Positions 7,217-10,778 of a stretch of DNA of 10,778 bases are shown piece after piece. Within the stretch, counting starts at the first letter, position 1; the number at the start of each line of letters is the position of its first letter. The notes under the pieces were generated by a model. It was not told the DNA's origin. It did not search any database and saw only the letters and a program-made list of their open reading frames with translations. The stretch is taken from assembly GCA_046543235.1 (NCBI GenBank), contig JBKGZT010000047.1, positions 1 through 10,778 of the forward strand, in the 5' to 3' direction. The DNA comes from Candidatus Acetothermia bacterium (lineage in GTDB: Bacteria > Bipolaricaulota > Bipolaricaulia > M55B111). The translations under genes were made by a program, and so were the position numbers.

Positions 7217-8070
7217 TAGAGTTCCCCCGCTTCGTACTTCCTAATGGCGTCAGCGAGGAAGTTTACCGCGACGACCAGCGAAGCGATCGCCAGAGCCGGG
7301 AATATCGCCATCCAAGGCGCGTTAGTTATGTGAGGCTGAGCGTTTTTCATCAACAGACCCCAATCCGGTGTCGGCGGCTGGACTCCCAGCCCGAGAAAAC
7401 CCAGGGAAGCACTCAAAAAGATCGCGTAGCCGAACCTTACCGATGCCTCCACACCTAGGGGGCCCCAGATATTGGGAAGTAGTTCGGCAAACATGATATA
7501 AAGATTCGATTCACCCCGAACCTTCGCCGCCTCGATAAATTCCTTTTCTTTGACCTCCAATACCGCACTCCGCGCCACCCGGGCTATCCGGGGAGCATAC
7601 ACCAGTCCAATAACCACTATGACCCCAAAAGTACTGGGTCCAAATATTCCCAGAATGAGCATGGCAAAAAGAAGTGCGGGAAACGACATCAATATATCCA
7701 TGAACCGCATTACAATCTCGTCCACTAGTCCCCCGAGGAAACCGGTGATCAATCCGATGGAACTTCCAAGAAGGAGGCTGATTGCAGTGGCAGTACTCGC
7801 CAAGATCATTATCGACCTGCTACCAATTAATACTCGGCTAAATACATCTCGCCCGAACCTGTCCGTACCAAAAGGGTGTTTTAAACTTGGACCCTCGAAT
7901 CGGTCCTGCATGTTATACTCCGTCGGAGAATAGGGAGCAATCATCGGTCCAAAAAGAGCTATAGCAACCCACAGAAGTATTATCGACATACCTATTAGGC
8001 CCAGACGGGAGTTGGCAAGCCTCTTGACTACCTGAAAAGCGTTTTGGGCTTTTCTCGTTAGTCGTTCCAT
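7216..8070 (-). CDS. Dpp/Opp-family ABC transporter permease (DppC/OppC-like)
   Basis: HPFGTDRFGRD motif, EAA loop EFIEAAKVRG, LGFLGLGVQPPTPDWG and several hydrophobic segments. SD GGAGGT at 8079-8084. Confidence 0.95.
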   Translation of the reverse strand: MERLTRKAQNAFQVVKRLANSRLGLIGMSIILLWVAIALFGPMIAPYSPTEYNMQDRFEGPSLKHPFGTDRFGRDVFSRVLIGSRSIMILASTATAISLLLGSSIGLITGFLGGLVDEIVMRFMDILMSFPALLFAMLILGIFGPSTFGVIVVIGLVYAPRIARVARSAVLEVKEKEFIEAAKVRGESNLYIMFAELLPNIWGPLGVEASVRFGYAIFLSASLGFLGLGVQPPTPDWGLLMKNAQPHITNAPWMAIFPALAIASLVVAVNFLADAIRKYEAGEL

Positions 8071-8126
8071 TTTTCGCTACCTCCGGTCATTTCACTTTCC
8101 TTTAAATATATCACTGTATCACCAAT

Positions 8127-9068
8127 TTAATAACGAATCCTGGGGTCGAGAAACGTGTATATTACGTCCGAGGTCAGATTCAAAATCAGGTAGACCGCGC
8201 TGGTCAGCAACACGCTGGCCTGGATAAGCGGTATATCCTGCCTCTGAATCGAAATATACACGAGCCGGCCGAGACCGGGAAAAGCAAACAAAGTTTCAAC
8301 AACTACAAGGCCGCCGATCAGCCAGCCGAGATTCATCGCTATGACCGTTACTGTAGGCATCAAAGCGTTTCTAAGGATATGCCAGATAACCTTGTGCTGA
8401 GGTAATCCTTTTAAAACAGCCGTCCGGGCGTAATCGGCATGGGAGGCATCAATAACGCTTGCCCTAACCATGCGGGCTACGTAACCCAGTAATACCAGGG
8501 ATACCGTTATTATGGGTAATATTAGCCTTGGAAAAACTTCAAACAGGTTGGCATTGGGCTGAATTGAACTCGTGGCTGGTAAAAGTCCCAGCCAGATAGA
8601 AAATATTAGCACCAGAAAAGTGCCCGATATAAAGGACGGCATCGACAGGGCGACAAGGGAAGAGGTCGAAATAAAGTGATCCAGCCAGCTTCCTTCTTTT
8701 AGCCCTGCAATCACTCCCAGAAAAAGAGACAGAGGAACCAGAAATATCGTTGCGCAGACTGCGAGGAAGAGGGAATTGAGGCCTCGACGCAGCACAATGG
8801 AAGACACGGAAACGCCCTGCATGCTCAGGGAAGTCCCCATGTCGCCGTGAAGAATCCCCCAGATCCAGTTCCCGTATCGGACCAATGGAGGCTGGTTCAA
8901 GCCTAGCCGGGCTCGGAGTCCTTCCAGCGCTTCCTGTGTGGCGTTCTGGCCAAGTATCATCTGAGCGACGTCTCCCGGGATCAACACAGTAAGGGCAAAG
9001 ATTATAATCGAAGCTATGAACAATGTAATAACCATGTTTACCAGGCGCTTTCCAATGAACTTTGTCAT
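8127..9068 (-). CDS. Dpp/Opp-family ABC transporter permease (DppB/OppB-like); start reassigned from 9134 to 9068
   Basis: Motifs PGD, LGLNQP, GDMGTS, DYARTAVLKGL, HILRNA, VETLFAFPGLG and DPRI. GGAGG at 9075-9079 sits 6 nt before ATG 9068 (MTKFIGKRL, a typical DppB N-terminus). The longer ORF start runs through the upstream hairpin. Confidence 0.93.
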   Translation of the reverse strand: MTKFIGKRLVNMVITLFIASIIIFALTVLIPGDVAQMILGQNATQEALEGLRARLGLNQPPLVRYGNWIWGILHGDMGTSLSMQGVSVSSIVLRRGLNSLFLAVCATIFLVPLSLFLGVIAGLKEGSWLDHFISTSSLVALSMPSFISGTFLVLIFSIWLGLLPATSSIQPNANLFEVFPRLILPIITVSLVLLGYVARMVRASVIDASHADYARTAVLKGLPQHKVIWHILRNALMPTVTVIAMNLGWLIGGLVVVETLFAFPGLGRLVYISIQRQDIPLIQASVLLTSAVYLILNLTSDVIYTFLDPRIRY

Positions 9069-9098
9069 TTCCATCCTCCCTTCTGCTTGCGCTAATTT

Positions 9099-9132
9099 AA
9101 AGAAAGAGGGTGCCCTTTTTGTAAGGGCACCC
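9099..9132 (-). terminator. Intra-operon intrinsic terminator-like or mRNA-stabilising hairpin after the binding-protein gene
   Basis: Perfect 10-bp stem GGGTGCCCTT-ACAAA-AAGGGCACCC (9108-9132), followed on the minus strand by TCTTTCTTT. It begins 24 nt after the stop codon. Confidence 0.85.
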
Positions 9133-9156
9133 AACTCGATACTCCACGGGTTTTAC

Positions 9157-10674
9157 TTAATCCTTCAACTCGATAAACCTGTAGTCGTTAATCCAGTTCT
9201 GAGTCAAATAGAACCCTTCGATTCTCTCCGAGGTAGCTCCCAGATAATCTTTGAACATGGGTATCAAGGCAGGTATGTCCTCGTGGAGAATTTCCTGGAT
9301 TTTAGTGAAGTATTCTTGCCTTTTCTCCGGGTCGGGCGTCCCGCTTGCCTGCTCGACGTATTTGTCCAGTTCCTCGTTGCAATAGTGGCTTGCATTCCAG
9401 GAAGCATCACAGGTTAATGCCGTTCCTAGCATCTGCGTAATATCCTCTCTGTGACCCCAAAGAGTCGCTGACATCGGAACCTGGAGCCAGTATTTGGAAT
9501 AGTACTGATCCCTGGGCAGCGTGTTTAGTTCAATCGAGAAACCCGCTGGCCTTGCCATTTCCTGAAGAGTCAAAGCAACGTCAAGAACTGGAGGTATATT
9601 CGATCCACAATAGAGCGTTACCTCGACACCGTCAGAATAACCAGCTTCTTCCAGTAATTCTTTTGCCTTTTCAATGTCCCTCTCTCTTACTCCGCCAAGA
9701 TCATCATAGAATTCGTGCCAATCTGGTATCGGGGTATCGTTACCTACCGTACCTAACCCGTAGCCAGCGGATTCAAGCAATGCTTCCCTATCTACCGTCA
9801 GTGCCAGAGCTCTTCTGACCTTGGGATCCTCAAAAGGTTCTTCCTCCGTATTTAAGTCAATCATAATCGGAGCTGCGTACTGTTCGTCGAGAGTATTGAC
9901 GTTATCCTCCCTCTGGAGGCGGAGATACTGATCCGGACTCAAATCGGTGATGACATCTGCTTGGCCGGAGGAGACCATACTGACACCCGTCTCTTTTTCA
10001 GGCACCATAAGAAAAGTAAGTTCGTCTATTTTGGGAGCGCCCTCAACCCAGTAATCCTCAAAGGCCGAAGCCTCAACCCGTTCCCGCGGGGTAACGTTGT
10101 CCACTTTAAATGCTCCACTACCCATAGGTTCCGTGTCTCCGCGTTCCGAATAGTTGTAATCGGCAGAAATAACTGCAGCGTTATAATCAGTTAATTTTTT
10201 GTGAAATCCTGCGTCGGGCCTACTCAGGTTGAACCTGACAGTATGGTCGTCCAGAGCTTCTACACTTTCGATGATAGGGCCAAGGGTCCCGAGTAATGCA
10301 CTTCCCACATCTTCATCGATAAGCCGTTCAAAGGTATATACGACGTCTTCCGCAGTCAACTTGGAGCCATCGTGAAAGGTTACACCCTGATGAAGCTCCA
10401 TAGTCCATACGGTAGAATCCTCGTTCAACTCGTACGATTTCACGAGCGAAGGTACGGTCTCTTTATCTTCCCCCACTCTGAATAGATAGTCATAGACGGC
10501 ACTCGCGATATTTCCACCTGCATTAGAATTCAAGAAACCCGGTGTTAGGCTACCAGACGGGATCATAACTGCTTTAACTGGTTCCTGAGCCTGCGTACTG
10601 GTAGAAAATCCCGATAACAGCAAACCCGAAAGAATCAATGTAACTACTAACGTTAGACCTATTTTTTTATGCAT
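9157..10674 (-). CDS. ABC transporter substrate-binding protein, family 5 (Dpp/Opp/Nik)
   Basis: 505 aa. Signal peptide MHKK-hydrophobic stretch-TQA, plus GVTFHDGSKLTAEDVVYTF, PMGSGAF, PFEDPKVRRAL and AKELLEEAGY. Confidence 0.95.
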   Translation of the reverse strand: MHKKIGLTLVVTLILSGLLLSGFSTSTQAQEPVKAVMIPSGSLTPGFLNSNAGGNIASAVYDYLFRVGEDKETVPSLVKSYELNEDSTVWTMELHQGVTFHDGSKLTAEDVVYTFERLIDEDVGSALLGTLGPIIESVEALDDHTVRFNLSRPDAGFHKKLTDYNAAVISADYNYSERGDTEPMGSGAFKVDNVTPRERVEASAFEDYWVEGAPKIDELTFLMVPEKETGVSMVSSGQADVITDLSPDQYLRLQREDNVNTLDEQYAAPIMIDLNTEEEPFEDPKVRRALALTVDREALLESAGYGLGTVGNDTPIPDWHEFYDDLGGVRERDIEKAKELLEEAGYSDGVEVTLYCGSNIPPVLDVALTLQEMARPAGFSIELNTLPRDQYYSKYWLQVPMSATLWGHREDITQMLGTALTCDASWNASHYCNEELDKYVEQASGTPDPEKRQEYFTKIQEILHEDIPALIPMFKDYLGATSERIEGFYLTQNWINDYRFIELKD

Positions 10675-10678
10675 TATC

Positions 10679-10685
10679 TCACCTC
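10679..10685 (-). promoter_or_regulatory. Shine-Dalgarno site of the binding-protein gene
   Basis: GAGGTGA lies 4 nt upstream of the ATG at 10674. Confidence 0.8.
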
Positions 10686-10778
10686 GTCGAGATATGATTG
10701 ATCGATTGAAGTCAAGCTCTCTCGAGACTGTTTAGCCTCGTGGCACTTGCACAAATTGAGAAACCTCACGTTCCTACC

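Noticed and set aside
9069-9134. N-terminal extension of the DppB-like ORF in the ORF track
   Set aside because: It runs through the terminator hairpin; SD position and family N-terminus favour ATG 9068.
10689-10715. TTGACT...TATCTC as a sigma70 promoter
   Set aside because: The spacer is 15 nt, the -10 is poor, and the TSS would fall inside the SD.
10715-10778. Resemblance to a lysine riboswitch 3' end or a c-di-GMP-I riboswitch
   Set aside because: Only a few short words match; the lysine P4 loop and the GNRA tetraloop/receptor are absent, and the region is truncated.
1-10778. CRISPR arrays, tandem repeats, IS elements, tRNA or rRNA genes
   Set aside because: None seen on reading; the window is almost entirely coding with short spacers.

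Overview
The window holds eight co-oriented minus-strand genes that look like one catabolic operon from a bacterium with acidic proteins, possibly a halophilic anaerobe. In transcription order they are: a Dpp/Opp-family ABC importer (substrate-binding protein, two permeases, a fused double ATPase), a divergent Cys/Met-metabolism PLP gamma-lyase, a non-pyrrolysine MttB-superfamily methyltransferase, a class I aminotransferase and a PanB-family hydroxymethyltransferase. Each family is well known, but I do not recognise the combination as a described pathway. It fits uptake and breakdown of a methylated C4 amino acid such as S-methylmethionine, homoserine betaine or O-methylhomoserine, with PanB possibly working catabolically; this is inference. 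Non-coding signals include a terminator-like hairpin after the binding-protein gene, a multi-stem structured spacer after the mttB homologue, and a probable non-canonical ATT start for the aminotransferase. I saw no mobile elements, CRISPR arrays, rRNA or tRNA genes.
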